Assembly: GCA_047495785.1 (NCBI GenBank)
Contig: JBLDXI010000028.1
Coordinates: 186,001-250,000 of the forward strand
From: Lepidodermella squamata
Taxonomy: Eukaryota > Animalia > Gastrotricha
Reading direction: 5' to 3'
Length of the DNA: 64,000 nt
Part shown: positions 23,645 through 37,228 of the stretch, piece after piece
Layout: the number at the start of each line of letters is the position of its first letter
Numbering within the stretch: the stretch's first letter is position 1
The notes under the pieces: generated by a model
Seen by the model: the letters and a program-made list of their open reading frames with translations, nothing else
Databases searched by the model: none
What the model was told of the DNA's origin: nothing
Position numbers and translations under genes: made by a program

Positions 23645-26593
23645 ATGGCGAAGGAAGTGCTGACGTTGCAGTTGGGCCACTATGCCAACTATGTTGGCAC
23701 GCACTGGTGGAACTTGCTGTTTGAAGATTTAACGGCGAAACAGACGATGGATGCCAGATCGCTAAATAATTCGGCGTTCGAAACCGAACCCGAGGCGTAT
23801 TTTCATAACGTGGGATCGGAGAGAAGCCAGGCCGTTCCGAGGCTGATCTCAGTTGATATTAAAGGTTCGATAAATTTTTCAAATTTCAAAAATACCCACA
23901 AAACTTGGAAAAAACTTCCTGTGAAAGACCTATCCAGGGGAATTAATTGGTCTCGTTTTGAAGCTTTGATACAACTGAGGCGGATGGTTCATCATGACAT
24001 ATTAAATGGAAAATTCAATTATTATTCACGTTTTTAGAATGCATCGGAGCTTTATCTGAATCTGGCCATTTCGCCCAGCCGAGAAATGATTCGAGCCTTA
24101 CAACCCCTCTTTGGCAGGGTGACACGCAAGTGGCTAGCCGTAGCCCGCTAAAGCGACACCTCGACACCGCCGAATCGCAGCAATCGAATAATGCGCTAGC
24201 TGATTCGAGCGTGAAAACGTGGTCTGATTATTTGGTGCCGCGCCTGCATGGCAAATCGCTGGTTCTACTGCCGAGTTCTTCAAGCCAGGATGAAACTGAT
24301 CTCAGACAGGATTCAGCTTCGTGGACCCTAAGTTTTGTAAGCAATTTTCCTAATAGTTTCAAACATTTTTATGCATGTTGTGAAATTTTGAAATAACTGA
24401 AAATTCGAGCTAATTGAGAAAAAATGGCTTGAACACTTGAGAACTCGAAAAATTGAAATTTCAAAAATATTCTCAGTGTAATTTGAAGCAGCAACAGACG
24501 AGGCGAAAATTCAGAAATAAAAAAACTAGTAACTTGAAATCGGACAATGAAAACCAATAAGGAGGACAATTTGAACCTGCTAATTCGAGGTTAAGCTGAA
24601 ATTAGTCTTCAAAATCAGAAGAGGTCATTCTGCGGAAGAAAAGTTCCGGTCAGAATTTTCGAACAAAGTAAGAAAAGGAAAAGTAAATTTAAATTCTTTA
24701 ATTTAGTTTGAAGAGAACTATAGAATATATTGTAACTATTTTTCAGCGTCGAGTGATGGATGAAATCGAAGAGCGGGTGCGGTACTTTGCCGAAGCGTGC
24801 GACGGCCTCGAAGGCTTCCACCTGCTGTCGACGATGCACGACGGGTGTTCACAGCTGAGCCACGATGTCCTGCAGTGGCTGGGCGATGACTACGCCAGGC
24901 GAGCTATCCTCCTCGCCCCGGTCGAACCCGCCCGCCTGCCTATGCGGTCGAGTACGACGACGAATTCTGGCATTTTGCCAGCGCAAAGATTGATCAACTG
25001 GGCGAGATTTTTGCCGGAGCTGTGGGCGAATTCGTCGCTACTGGTGCCGCTGTCGTTGTCAGGCGACAGTTTGTGGCAGGGGCCTGGTCTGAACACCGAG
25101 GATGATACCCCTCTACCGATCATCAACATACCTGGTATACGATATAACGTGAGTTCTGTTTGCAGTTTCGAGGGCATTCATGGACTGTTACTTAAAACTA
25201 GATTTCAGTTCCCAATTTTCACCGTTTCTTCAGTCTATGTTGTATTCAAATTTTGTCAAATTTGATTTTACGTTTAGGGTGACTCCAACTACCATACTTC
25301 GGCTGTGCTAGCCGCGGCTCTCGATACAGCCACCCTGCCGTACCGTTTGTCCAGCTGCGACGGTGCTGCCTACTCGCAACGACTTGGCATGTCCGAATTC
25401 TTTGGCGTCGGCTCGAAATATCTCAAGGTATGAAATATCATTAAAATCAGACACATCGAGATGAATTGAGATTGAGTTGAGCAAATGAGGATAGCTCCAC
25501 ATCTGAGTGAGTGTGTTGGCGCTACCTAGTTTTATCTAGTGAATATGAGGTGCCGTAGCAAAAGCTGAGCGAACCTAATAGTGGTAATCAGCTAGCTTGG
25601 GCTTCGAGTTCCAAGAGATATCGAAGCTTCATGTAGCTTTATTTCATTACCGAAAATGCTGTTGCATGGGTGGTAAAGACTTGAGGCTTCAAAATTTATC
25701 GTAAATTCCGATCAAATTTCCGGTAAAATTAACTACTTATTGGGGTTAATACGCACCCGATTCTTAAATTTAGCGCCTGAACTTGAAATGCGGGGTATGC
25801 GATTCGTCAATCTTCGAATCGAAAATCTGAGTAGGTGAAACACAGAAATCAAGCAAGTTTCAAGTAATCTTCGGTGACTTGTGCGGTTTCTTCCTACGAC
25901 TTGGCGAATGATGGGTGCAATCAATAGCTTCAATAGCCTCAACCTAGAAATTTAAACATTTGATTGAGCTCATTCTTTTCTGTTCTTTAGATTAACGAGA
26001 TGCAAGTGGTGCTGTCGTACCCGCTGAGGCAACCGCCCGGCCTCACGCCTGAACCAGTGAAACCTCTTGAAGTGACTTGGACCTCGTTATCGCCGCCTCC
26101 GATTTCTCAGTCGAAACTCAACTCGGCGAGTCACGGCAACAGCAACGCTCGCCTGCTGTCGCGATGCTGCACGTTGCGAGGCCTCGAATCACTGCCAGTC
26201 GCTGATAAATCGGCTTTCGCGTCGCCTGACATGCGTCGATTCTTGTTCACGAAGGCGGAACGCGATTTCGAGGCGACTTTAACGAAATCCCTACCAGTGG
26301 TTGATTCGTTCGTGAAAACGCACTGCAACCTGGTGGCCAAGTCGTTGTCTGTTAAAAGGCCGTTTCCTCGCTCGATTTTCACTGGACCCCGCAGCGATGC
26401 AACGGCGAAACCCATGGCTAGTGCGCTGGTGTCCTCAGGCGCGCATGTCGCGACGTTCCTCGGCAACCTGCATGGGCAATGTGAGCGGATGTCACGGTCG
26501 AAGCTAGTAACGGTGTTGCCCGAGTCGACCGAGTGGTCCGAACATCTCGAGTGGCTGGTAGACACGGTGCTGCGAGCTGAAAGTCTCAAATAG
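23645..26593 (+). CDS. MSTO1: Misato (tubulin/FtsZ-related, DML1/MSTO1), complete 5-exon copy (copy A)
   Basis: KEVLTLQLGHYANYVGTHWWN, PRLISVDIK, VKTWSDYL, EERVRYFAEACDGLEGFH, YHTSAVLAAALDTATLPYRL. Exons 23645-23864, 24038-24336, 24747-25148, 25278-25427, 25991-26593. Confidence 0.92.
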
Positions 26594-26873
26594 ATAAACT
26601 GTGATGCTACTATAGTTTTGCGCTATTATTTGTGATTTTTGCGCTGCACGAAAAACTACGCAAATATTTACAACGAAATACTTCGCTTTTAAATAGATTT
26701 TTAACTTGGTTTGGTTACAACTTCGCGCGAATGGCTACTGCGCCACCGGAAGCTGCGCAACCGAGAGGTCAAATTCATCAACTTCTGAAGAATTGCAAGT
26801 TTTTTCCGTACTAAAACAATACTTTTCACTGGCTGGAATTTCGATTAAATTATTTTGATGGCGTAAAAGTGAT

Positions 26874-26965
26874 GAGTCGGCTGAGTGAGTCAAACACCTG
26901 GAGTGGCTAGTTGATACGGTACAGCGAGCCAAAAGTCTTAAATAGATTAACTATGATGCTATATT
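26874..26965 (+). pseudogene. Decayed remnant of Misato exon 5 3' end
   Basis: GAGTCGGCTGAGTGAGTCAAACACCTGGAGTGGCTAGTTGATACGGTACAGCGAGCCAAAAGTCTTAAATAG aligns to 26522-26593 and into the 3' flank, with an internal TGA. Confidence 0.8.
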
Positions 26966-28308
26966 AATTTCATTTTTTGCATGGCGTGGAAAACTTGACA
27001 ATTATGTACTTATCATGTTTTTCTTTTCACATAGAATTTTACACAGACTGGTTTTATTTCGGCTTATTCAAATGGCGCCTGGGCACTGCTGGCCTCATGA
27101 CTTGTGATAGACGATTTGAACTATCAAAAATCTTATACGGCAATTTTGAGATTCGAACGTGAACACAGTGGCCTAGTGGTTAGGCACCTAGCATAGGTAG
27201 TGTGGTTCTAGTGAGTCACGGGCAACGGGCACTGATGTTTATTTCTTTCTCCGCTGAATTATTGCTTGTTCCATTTCCTCACTGTGTTTAACATATTTTT
27301 CGGGCAATAAACGGAATCATATTTTGAGGTACCTGTTGTGTTTTGTCTTCATGATTTGACTACCTGTCAAAAATTTTATAAATTATCGCTGATTGTTGGG
27401 AATTTAGAATGCATTGGAACTTTTTCTGGATCTCGTTCAGCCCAGAGAAATGAACCAAGCTTAGTTACCTTACGCAGGGTGACAATTGGTTGGCGAGCCG
27501 AAGTTCCGACCGCCGAGCTCTTCCAGCCAGGGAGATGGGCCGCAGAAAAGACGTAGAATTGGTAAGTAATTTTACGAATTGTGCTTTATTCGTGCTTTGT
27601 TGAAGTCCGAGTCGATTGAACGCTGTTTCAAATAGACCAAGCAAAATTGGGCATTCATCTTTTAACGAATCTGGAAAGTTCTGGCGTTTTTTTATGGGGC
27701 ACGAAATAAGAAAATGGGGGAAAATATGGCTAAATTTGCTTGTAATCTGAAATCTGGCTGACAGGCGCGTTTTGAAGCCAGGTATGAATGAACTGTGCCC
27801 TTAGTCGTGCCGAATTCTTTGCTTGCAATGAGAGTGGGATACAAAAGCCCAGGCTTATAGGGTCAAAAGAAACGAACCAGCCTTGATTCCAGTTCGGCCA
27901 ATTCTTCGAGAGTTTTTTGTCGAAATACTTTGTTGTTAACACATCCCTCTTCTCAATGAAATCCTAAAACGATCCTAAAATTCGGGATGGCCGATAGGTG
28001 AAGAGCATGATCCCATAAAATGTGTTAAATTATTTATTCAACTTTTTCAGGCAATTCATCATTTCATTTTGATCTGTTTTTTGACATTTTTTTTCGAAAA
28101 TTCCGAAATTAGTTGTATTTTTCCTGATGAACGAAAGGGACTCCATGGTGCATCTTCCAATTTTTTCAAAATGTATGAAAACTTCTATAGCGAATTGGTG
28201 GCCACAAAGAGTTGTATGATGATCGACTATGAACTTATGTTAAGCTTGACCGGCTGTCAAAAATAACTAAAATAAAAAGATTCTCTGAAAAAGTTTTTAA
28301 TCCAGCTA

Positions 28309-29073
28309 TACCGTAACGAGTGGTAACTTTGGACAAAACGTGTTTTTCAAACATTAAAAATCAGCCTTTGCTGCTAAATTTCTGAAATTTTCACCGAAGG
28401 TGGGGACGGTGATTCTTGAATTTACTGCAAATTTTGAGAATTTTGATAATTTTACCTGACCTTTGGCAAATTGAAATGTGTTCCGGTAACTTTGGACAAT
28501 TAGAGGGTAATTTTGGACGCTCATTTGCATATGCAATTTCATCGCAATTTCATTTTGAATAATAAGTTTCTCATGTTTTTTTCATTTACTCTTGGGTCAG
28601 ATTACGAAAGAAATTATGAGCATCATCTGTTTTTCAGAAGTTCAATAAAAATACATTTTTGCGCAGCCGCATACTTATACCGTCTAAAAGTGTCCAAAAT
28701 TACCCCCTTTTTCACCTGTTTTTCAGGTAAATGCCCTGCTAAAACGCGTCGACGGATTGCAATTTTTTCTTCGATTATAGGGAGAGTAAAGATAGGAGAA
28801 TAGACATGCCAACTTTTATTGAAAACTGATCGATTTTTAAAAAGATAGAAGGGGGTCCCAAAACGGCACCCAAAGTCTACCTGCTTGCAAATTTTTCTGA
28901 AATCCGATTTCAGCTCCAATCGTCTTGATTTTTATGTCAAACGAAAGCTGAAGAGACGGAGAATTGTATGCAAAAAATCCCACGATTTAAACATTGAATT
29001 CTGAAAAGCTAAACACCTGTTAAGTCGAAAGTGTCCAAAGTTACCGTGTCCACAGTCACCACACGTTACGGTA
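28309..29073. mobile_element. Non-autonomous Tc1/mariner(pogo)-like DNA transposon
   Basis: Termini TACCGTAACG.GTGGT.ACT.TGGACA and its reverse complement ...GTGTCCACAGTCACCACACGTTACGGTA, with TA at both ends and internal GGTAACTTTGGACA repeats. Confidence 0.7.
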
Positions 29074-29789
29074 ATATGAACTAACTTGATCTGAAAATTG
29101 CGAGAATAACCGAGGTTAAGGCATCAAGTGGTACGATGTACGATCCAGATGCCTCAATTTGGCAGAGTGACTTCTTTGTTAAAAAAAAATAGGCCGGCAG
29201 AAAATAATATTAAAAAATTGTTTTCCTTACTATTATGCCACTATAATTTCCACTTTTTATTACGCAAATTAACGGTTATTAATTTCATTCGATTTGCGAC
29301 CACGCTGGCATGACCTTGTCACGGGCTGTGCTGATTGTGGAGGTACTGCTAATTTTTTGATCGAATTTCGAGATGGCAATAATTTGAATTAAACTAATTT
29401 GAATAACATGTTAATTTGAATCAAACTTCACCAAGGCCTAATTCGGAATTCGGTTAAGAAAAATAGTGATTTTTCCTCTGTTGACTAAAATTCTACGATA
29501 AAATTAAAATAGAAGGAGCTACGTCGATTTTTTATCAGGGTTGCCAGCGTATATCTCAATAAAAACTCTGAAATGATTCAAATCTTGCGGGCTAGATTAT
29601 AAGCAACTAAATCTTCGAAAAATCATTCATTTTGGCCATATCTGAAGCCAAGTGGTCTTATTCGCTTTGCAATTAAAATTTGTTGCCGAAAATTAAAATT
29701 ATGAAAATTCTAAATTCTAAGAGAAAAAATGTCTGAAATAGGAAATCAACCAATCAATTAATAACCGATCGTTTAAAAAATAGGTACTT

Positions 29790-30047
29790 TCTGCGCCAGG
29801 GGATGAATGAAATCAAAGAAGCATGCGACGGCCTCGAAGGAAGTTCTCCCACCATCGCTGGGTGATGGCTGCTGCCGGTGCGGATTTCCCGGCTAAGAGA
29901 TGGATCGACCGGCCACATTTTTCGCCGGAATTATGGACGAATTCGTCGCTGCCTGTGCCGCTGTCTTAGCTAGCGGACAGGGCCTGGCCTAACCAGCGAC
30001 GACACCCGGCCATCAGCATACCAGGTATAAGTTATAACCTGAGTTTT
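29790..30047 (+). pseudogene. Decayed remnant of Misato exon 3
   Basis: GATGAATGAAATCAAAGAAGCATGCGACGGCCTCGAAGG, GCCGGAATTATGGACGAATTCGTCGCTG and CATCAGCATACCAGGTATA match 24755-25150 with deletions. Confidence 0.8.
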
Positions 30048-31070
30048 ATGTTAGATTTTCGGTAATTCATGACCTATTACTCGAACGACCTTGCAACCAA
30101 GATAAATACACTTATTTCCTCCATTTTGTTGTCTCTTGTCATCGCCTTTCAATATAAATGGCGTAATCGAAACGGAGTTGAATTGAAACATGCGAGGTCA
30201 TGATGAGTAACGTAATTCCACCTGGATGAGGTGAAACTTGGGCCGACTTCAAGCGCAGTAATGTTAGTGCGCACTCATGCCGGTCACGCAGGGTATTCTT
30301 TGTTTCGAATTAGGGTCACATCGATGTCTTGGTTTTAATTCGCCGCTTCTCACTTGTCAGCCGCTGGCTCCGTTGCTTCGTTCATCTTCTCGTACGTTTT
30401 CGAGTTTAAAAAATTGCGAGATTTATTTTTCAACCAATTCAAACAAAATTGTAAAATTTGAAATGATTTTCCTTGCGTATTTATTCTGGAAATTGTCGTA
30501 AATAATGTAAGAAATAGTACGTAAGAGTGAGTCAGAGGCCCTATTCTAGAGTTTTCTAGACTTCGCTGTCCGCCCGATGTTGATAAGGGTTTATGAAGCG
30601 TTTTTATTCGCCGTTTTTCACCGTGGATTTTTATTAGAATTCGAGTCTTGTCGTATAATCATTTTGCATTCCTTGTTTTCCCTCAGAATGTGAAATAACT
30701 TACAGCCACGGCGTGATGTGTTCTGCTATATCAACAACATTTCCACAGCTTTACGCTACTTTCCAAATCCTTCAAAATTCCGCTTATTGCAGCTTTCTGA
30801 GAGGCTCTAGGACAAGTCTATGTTGATGCTCATGATAGTAGATTAAATAAACCTGTGACTTAAGCAATAACCCAAGTAAGCTGCATTAGAAGATCAAAGC
30901 ACAAAGCCCAATGACCTTGAAATTTGTTTATAGTTCTGCTCTAGCTATTGCTAGCGCCCCACCAGATTTATGTTTTCTTTTTCCACGAGTTCTATCGATG
31001 CTAATTTCAGCTAATTTATTTTCTATCAGAATTTTCTAGCATTTTTATTCAAAATTTTAAATTTTCTATC

Positions 31071-32907
31071 ATGTCAATTTTTGCGGTACATGATTTTGAC
31101 CTCAACCGTTTTGACACAAACATCATGCAAATTAACCCTCTAATGCCGGCAGCTTCTCGGCTTTATACAAACTGAGTTTACTCAATCGGTCAAAACTGAC
31201 TCAAAATGAGTATATACAGCAATCTACGTGTGTATACTCAACCGGGACCTCATTTTTTGGACTTTGAATTATGAAACTGAGTATACACTTGTACCAATTG
31301 AGTTTACTCGTGCTAAAAAAATTGTATAAATACGCACTTGAGTTAACTCAGGAAGAGCGCAACATCACATGAATTTTATTCATGAAATTCTCAAAATCTG
31401 AAAAAATTGAAGAAATTGCCGTAAGTAGCCTAAATCAAAGGTCGACATGATTCGCCGGCACGACCAGCAGCTAAACAACAGCACAGGTAGATGCGGCAAT
31501 CGGCGGGGTTGCGGCGCGCTGATGAAAATCGCTGCGAAGCCGCAACAGGTACGGGCAATTTGTTACAAAAAGGCTAATAGTTTCAGATAAAACCATAAAT
31601 TAAGTAATATTGATGTGTGATTTTGCGCTCTTCCTGGCTCCCTTTTATTTCCGAGCAGGCATTGTGAGAAAGAGCTCAGTATTGAGCAACAATCGCGAGC
31701 TGATTGTTGTTACGCAACAGTGTGTTGCGCAACACCAAACCGCGACCTAAATGCTGGGCACCCCGAATTATTATTATTTACCACAAAACATTTAAAAAAT
31801 GACAGTAAATAAAGCTATCGGCACCCGGCATGAGTAAACTCAATTGGCAACTGACTTTACACACAACTGAGTCTAACCATTCACTCAAAACCGGCCGTCC
31901 GGGCGGCCGCCATGTGTTTATACAAAAAATTGATTGAGTATACACACAAATCATCCGACCACCTGGCGCGCGCACTCACCTGTGTTACGCAATCAACGCG
32001 CCGACTTTGCGGTTTTCGGAATCGGGGAGCCCTGATGGCCAACTACAAAATTGCCAAGCGGCTAGGCCGGCAAAAATCGGGAAGTATGAAAATTCAAGGT
32101 GAATAGCGCCAGTTTGAGTATACACGTTTTCGGCATTAGAGGGTTAATTTAGCCCTATCGCGTGGCTATGCTGTTGACGCTGCTCGGCTTTCGAGCATTA
32201 TCCGTGATGTATTGGAAAATTCGGCCTTGGTGGGTTTCAGTGATCATCTGGCCGGTCAGCTTGAACTCTATGTAGATAAAAAACAGGCTAGTCGGCTTAG
32301 CCCGGAGCAGCGTAAAGATTTTTTGCGAACACTTAACGAACACCTGGTTTCGCTGAAGAATGCTACTAGTAACAAGTTGCAGTCTTGCAAGTTGTTAAAG
32401 GGCTTGCCGCAATACCCGCTGACCTACCTTAACAGAACCATGAGTTTTCGAGGAAATGATCTGTTCCCGAATTCAAACTGCACCACGGCTATTTTCATGT
32501 GCCACGGAAGGTTAGATGGAGACAGTTTCATGGTAGAATGGGAGTGCCCAACTCGAGATCTGCAACCTGATTACAAACCTATACGCCAAAGCCTCAACCG
32601 TGAACAATCGGCTATCAGAACTAATCCCATTCAAACGTATATTCGAAATTGGGTGTATAAAGTTATCAAAGAGAAATGGAATAACAGACATCTAATTCTG
32701 ATTCTTATCGCGGAGGGAGGAGCCGCAGCTGTCGACGACTACGCGGCGTGGGTCGCGATGACTAATGCCGATGTTGAGTTGGAAAATAGAGGCTGCAGTG
32801 TGACGCTGAATGCTGGCGAAGTCTATGACTGCATGGAGCTGTTCCTTTGGCTTTATGAGCGAGGCCTATTGCCTGGGCAACCTCCTGGCGATATCATCTG
32901 GAATTGA
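31071..32907 (+). pseudogene. Orphan family member 1 (about 274 aa when reconstructed), interrupted by a piggyBac-like element
   Basis: ATG 31071-31135 plus 32148-32907 read as one open frame (MSIFAVHDFDLNRFDTNIMQINLALSRGYAVDAARL...) once 31136-32147 is removed. Shares motifs with the ORFs at 50867 and 54642. Confidence 0.7.
31136..32143. mobile_element. Non-autonomous piggyBac-like element (1008 bp)
   Basis: TTAA|CCCTCTAATGCCG ... CGGCATTAGAGGG|TTAA: 13-bp TIRs, CCC/GGG termini, TTAA TSD, internal TGAGT(T/A)TAC repeats, no transposase ORF. Confidence 0.9.
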
Positions 32908-34441
32908 AAATAGCACAAACAACCTAATGATCAAGTCCACCGTGTCAAGCTCTTCCATACTGATAATCAAACTGTCATCACGTCCTGATTGGTACTAGCA
33001 AGAAATTTAGCTTTGTCTGGTCTGATAATTAATTGTGATAGTCGCTAAAAACCGGTGATATATATATTGCTATATATAGTAGTCAGTAGTCAGAGCAAGT
33101 TTTGAGCAGTCGTAATTCCCGGTTTTGTGTGCTGATGTTCATTTTTTTCGGAGATGTAAGCTGCAATCTTGTCTCTTCGTGTTGTGGCAGCCTGTGCTGA
33201 AGACAATAAAGAGGACCGCAAGCTACTTGTGTTTTGTGAAAATAATTGCTTGAGGTGGTTCAAGTTTTTCGGAGGTCTTGCGATGAAGACCCCCTGCCAA
33301 AATTAAAATCAATTGTAATTTTTGCACCATAAGGGAATTTTCATCAGTTCGGGGTGGCGATTCCAATAAGTGATTATCAGAGCAGCATTGATGAATAAAT
33401 TTGCTTGCTATTTACCGAGCAATAAATGGCTTACATTTCTGTGCCTCATTTGTAGCTTTTTTAGTTTCGACGCGTTTCAAGGTCGCCAAAATCTGTGCGC
33501 CCGCTGGAACATCTGGATCAAGCTGATAGCTCGCGGTCTGGGTCTTCATTATTGTCGCGGTGGGTTATATCAGCGATAGAAGGCAATTTTTTATTGTAAA
33601 ATTTCATTTCGAAAGGAAGAATGAACAATTAAATTAAAATCAAGGTTCCGCCCGGAAGCCAAGTCAACTCCTAAAACGAGACTGACATTTATTCATCTGA
33701 ACCGAAAGTTAAGCCTATATTTTATAGAAATTTATATACCTATTGCAGATGCGATTTGGGCTGTTTTCGGGCCTAAATAATTGGTTCTGACCTCGTTATG
33801 TGCCTCGAAGGGGTCCCCCACAGAGCAGCAGGCTTCAAAGCAGGGTAAACGCACACTACAGTCCTCCCAGTCTCACATTTTTGTCAATATTGGGGGAAGG
33901 GGGAGGGTTATTTTCGAAGCCGTCTTTATCGATATTCCATAGATTATTCCATAATGTCAACTTCATAACAGGTATGATTTCCGAACAAAACATCAACTTT
34001 ATTTTACTAGAATGAGTTCTATCTCGATAAAGTCGTCCAGCCTCGCCTTAACGGCCAATTTTCGTCCGAAATCGAACGCTTCGACTTCAAAAACACGGGT
34101 CGACCTAATTGTATTATGAATCATAGCGTACGTCACGGCTAATCAATCTGAAACTGCGCGACAATCTGCGCCTGGTTTTTCCTTCAGATAAAGCCAGCTT
34201 TATTCGATAAAATTGACTTTTCGGCTAATGTCGAAAATGGACATCTTCGAAGATAGCAAGCCGTCTTTATAATAATACGTCTTTATAATAATTATAATAA
34301 TAGCAAAACGGCGGACAAGTGAACCGTGAGTTCCAGAACGATCAAGACTTCGACCCACACCACCGTCAATCGTTCGTCAACATGACTCGCGGCAGCCAAC
34401 GACATCAATCTGGCGGATACTAGCACTACTCCACCGGCCCG

Positions 34442-37228
34442 GTGTCGAAAACTGGTAAATCATTACTGAATGACAATGCTAATGTGATAATTTCTCCCCC
34501 AAGTAACAACTATGATTTTTTGTTTCTCAATTTTATAGCCTGGAACATATTTAAATTTAGACCAGAATCTTTTCCTGAAATCATACTGTTATTGAAAAAA
34601 TTTCTTATTGTTGCCCTTCTAGAAACTTGGCATGATTCCAAATTTGTGCCGCCCTCTTTGCGTAAAGAATTTTTTGTTATTCATTCACCAGCTAAAAAGC
34701 TAAATAATGTGAGAGGTCGTAATTTGTCAGGAGGAATTATCGTTTACATTAACTCATCTCTCAAATCAATAATCAAAGTCTTATATAAATCTAGCTACCT
34801 GGTTGTTCTCAAAATTGATCTACCTGATTTTACCCTGCTATTGGCTTTCTGTTATATATTACCGGAAAAAAATGATACGATTCAGCGAAAATCGTTGAAA
34901 ATTGCTACCAAAAAGAAAATTTCTACCAAAATTTCTAGTAAAAAACAGTACAGTGGTCGTTTCAAAAAGCTCTGGGCCGAGACCACCAACAAATTGACTG
35001 AAATTAAAAATAATATTCGCATTGAAAACCTCCAGTCCCAAAAAAGGATTGAAATTATTATTATGGGCGACCTCAATATTCGCACTGGAAATTTAAATAG
35101 GACCTACGACAACCTAGACCCAAACTCGGACTTCTTCTGCAGTCACGTGCCTCCCAGAAACTCGAAAGATATTGAACTGCCCAAATGCGCTGCTTCAAAT
35201 CGTAATTACTTTTTTGAAAAGCTGGACGAAATTGGGCTTTACATCGTGAATGGGACCACACCATCCGACCAGCTTGGAGAATTTACCCATAAAAAACTCG
35301 GTGATAACCACAAACAGGCATTCACAGTCGTCGACTATGCTTTGGCGACCGAAACCCTCGCCGGGGAAATAAACGATTTTGAAGTTGTTATTAATGGGGG
35401 AATCTCAGACCACTACCCGATAGGCCTCAGCCTCGCTAGAAAAATCAAACTTAGCAATACCGACCACAGTTTTGATGATGACAAAGTCAATTTTCGAGTT
35501 AATAAGCATCAATTTGCATCACTGTGGGAGCACTTTCAGTTGAGAAACGCGCACAAAATCACTGACGAATTATCAGTACAAAACTTGTTACTGACACTCT
35601 ACAAAGTTGGCAAGGAAGCTTTGTACATCCGTAAACCCAAGCCAGAAGCCGAATCTTCTAGCTCATTTTTCGACGAGGAATGCCACTCAAAGAGGGCCCG
35701 GCTTAGAAAAGCTAGAACCCTATCAATTAGGCACCCCAATAATCCAGCATTTAAAGCAGACATGGATCAGGAGGAGAGAGAGTACCGCTATCTCCTTAAC
35801 CAAAAAAAGCAACAAAAAGAATCAGAACTTAAAGCCGAGGCTATCGAATTTTCAGAACTAATTGAACTCTGCCCTGCTGATTTTTTTAAGCTCGTTAAAG
35901 AGTACAACCGTTGGAAAGAACTTGATACCAATCTTGAGATGCCCTCACCCACTGAAATCATAGACGCAGATGACTTGGTCCTGATGGCCGAAAACCCCGA
36001 AAACTTACAAAAGTCACTCGATGAACTAGCTTCCTACTGTGACGACAACTCCCTTAAAATTAACGTTGAGAAAACTAAAATAATGATTTTTGAGAAACGT
36101 TTTTCCGAAAATATCAACCTAAAATTTACTCTCAACGGTGAATCTATTGAACGAGTAAAAGAATTTAAATACCTAGGCGTTTATTTCACGCATAATTTGA
36201 ATTTCGACAAAATGGTGGAGGTTATCAATGCGAATACAAAACGTATAACCGCACTGATCCCGAACATGATAGAGAATTTTACTACTTATCTTCCACCGAA
36301 AACATTTAATATTTTACACAACTCATACGTCATCGGCAACTACACTTATGCCAGTGGCCTCTGGGGCCAGACAAAAAAGAATAAAGTTTTCTCATTTAAC
36401 ACCCATTTCGTGAAACAAATTTGTCGAATTCCAACCTCTGCTAGGAATGAACTAGTAAATCGCGAATTCTACCTCGACCCACCTGCACTTGTCCTCACAA
36501 AATCAGCCGTCAGGTACTTCCTACGACTCAAGTTTGAGAACGAGCATGTGCTTATCAAAACTGCCTTTGACGTTATTGACGCAAATAAAAATCTATATCG
36601 CCATATTTTCAAACATTTACAAAGTGATGTCGAAAAACTTGGGGGCACCAACATCTTCACCGCCACTTCTCAATTTGAGGGTTTGGCTCATCTTGGAAAG
36701 TGGTACGAAGTGTGGATAACAAACAACAAAAAATCTATAGCTAATGATTTAAAAACTATATACCAAAATCCTGTTTTTACAGACGAAAATTTCGACAAAT
36801 TGCTGCTATATTCTAATGCTCAAAATGCTTTTTGGTCGGTGAAAAATATTAGGATACTCAGTATGATTAGGACAAACTCTCTCCATAAACCCTTTTGCTA
36901 TATCAATAACTTAGGATTAAAATGCATTTTCTGTCTTAAACATGGTGATTCGCTTGCTACGCCTATTAGAAATTTCCAAGATACTATAGATCTAATATGC
37001 CACCTCTATATTGAATGTAAATTTATCCCGAACCACACTCCTCTAACACAACTAGCCTCGATCGATAGTATCAATCATAATGTTAATAATTTTGTCAATT
37101 CAATTATCGAATCCATAGTAACTTGCAAATCCGTCAACAATATCGCACTGCCACACATCTTAACTATAGCTTCTAACTACCGACTCGCTCTTAAATTACA
37201 CGTTTACCCTAACAGTAATAACAATTAA
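34442..37228 (+). mobile_element. Non-LTR retrotransposon (LINE) ORF2: APE endonuclease plus internally deleted reverse transcriptase
   Basis: APE motifs IAWNI, LLETW, MGDLN, VVDYAL, SDHYPI. RT retains only ADDLVL, LKINVEKTKIM and FKYLG onward. C-terminal C-x2-C..H..C. AATAAA plus a (TTGC)n tail at about 37462-37484. Confidence 0.88.

Noticed and set aside
23645-26593. Calling this gene a tubulin
   Set aside because: It lacks the GGGTGSG signature; HWWN and YHTSAVLA motifs are Misato-specific.
31160-32130. Repeated TGAGT(T/A)TAC(T/A)CA motifs as a CRISPR-like array
   Set aside because: Irregular spacing and located inside a TTAA/TIR element; they fit subterminal transposon repeats.
33890-33910. 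G-rich run as a functional G-quadruplex
   Set aside because: Short, probably within a LINE 5' region, and no supporting evidence.
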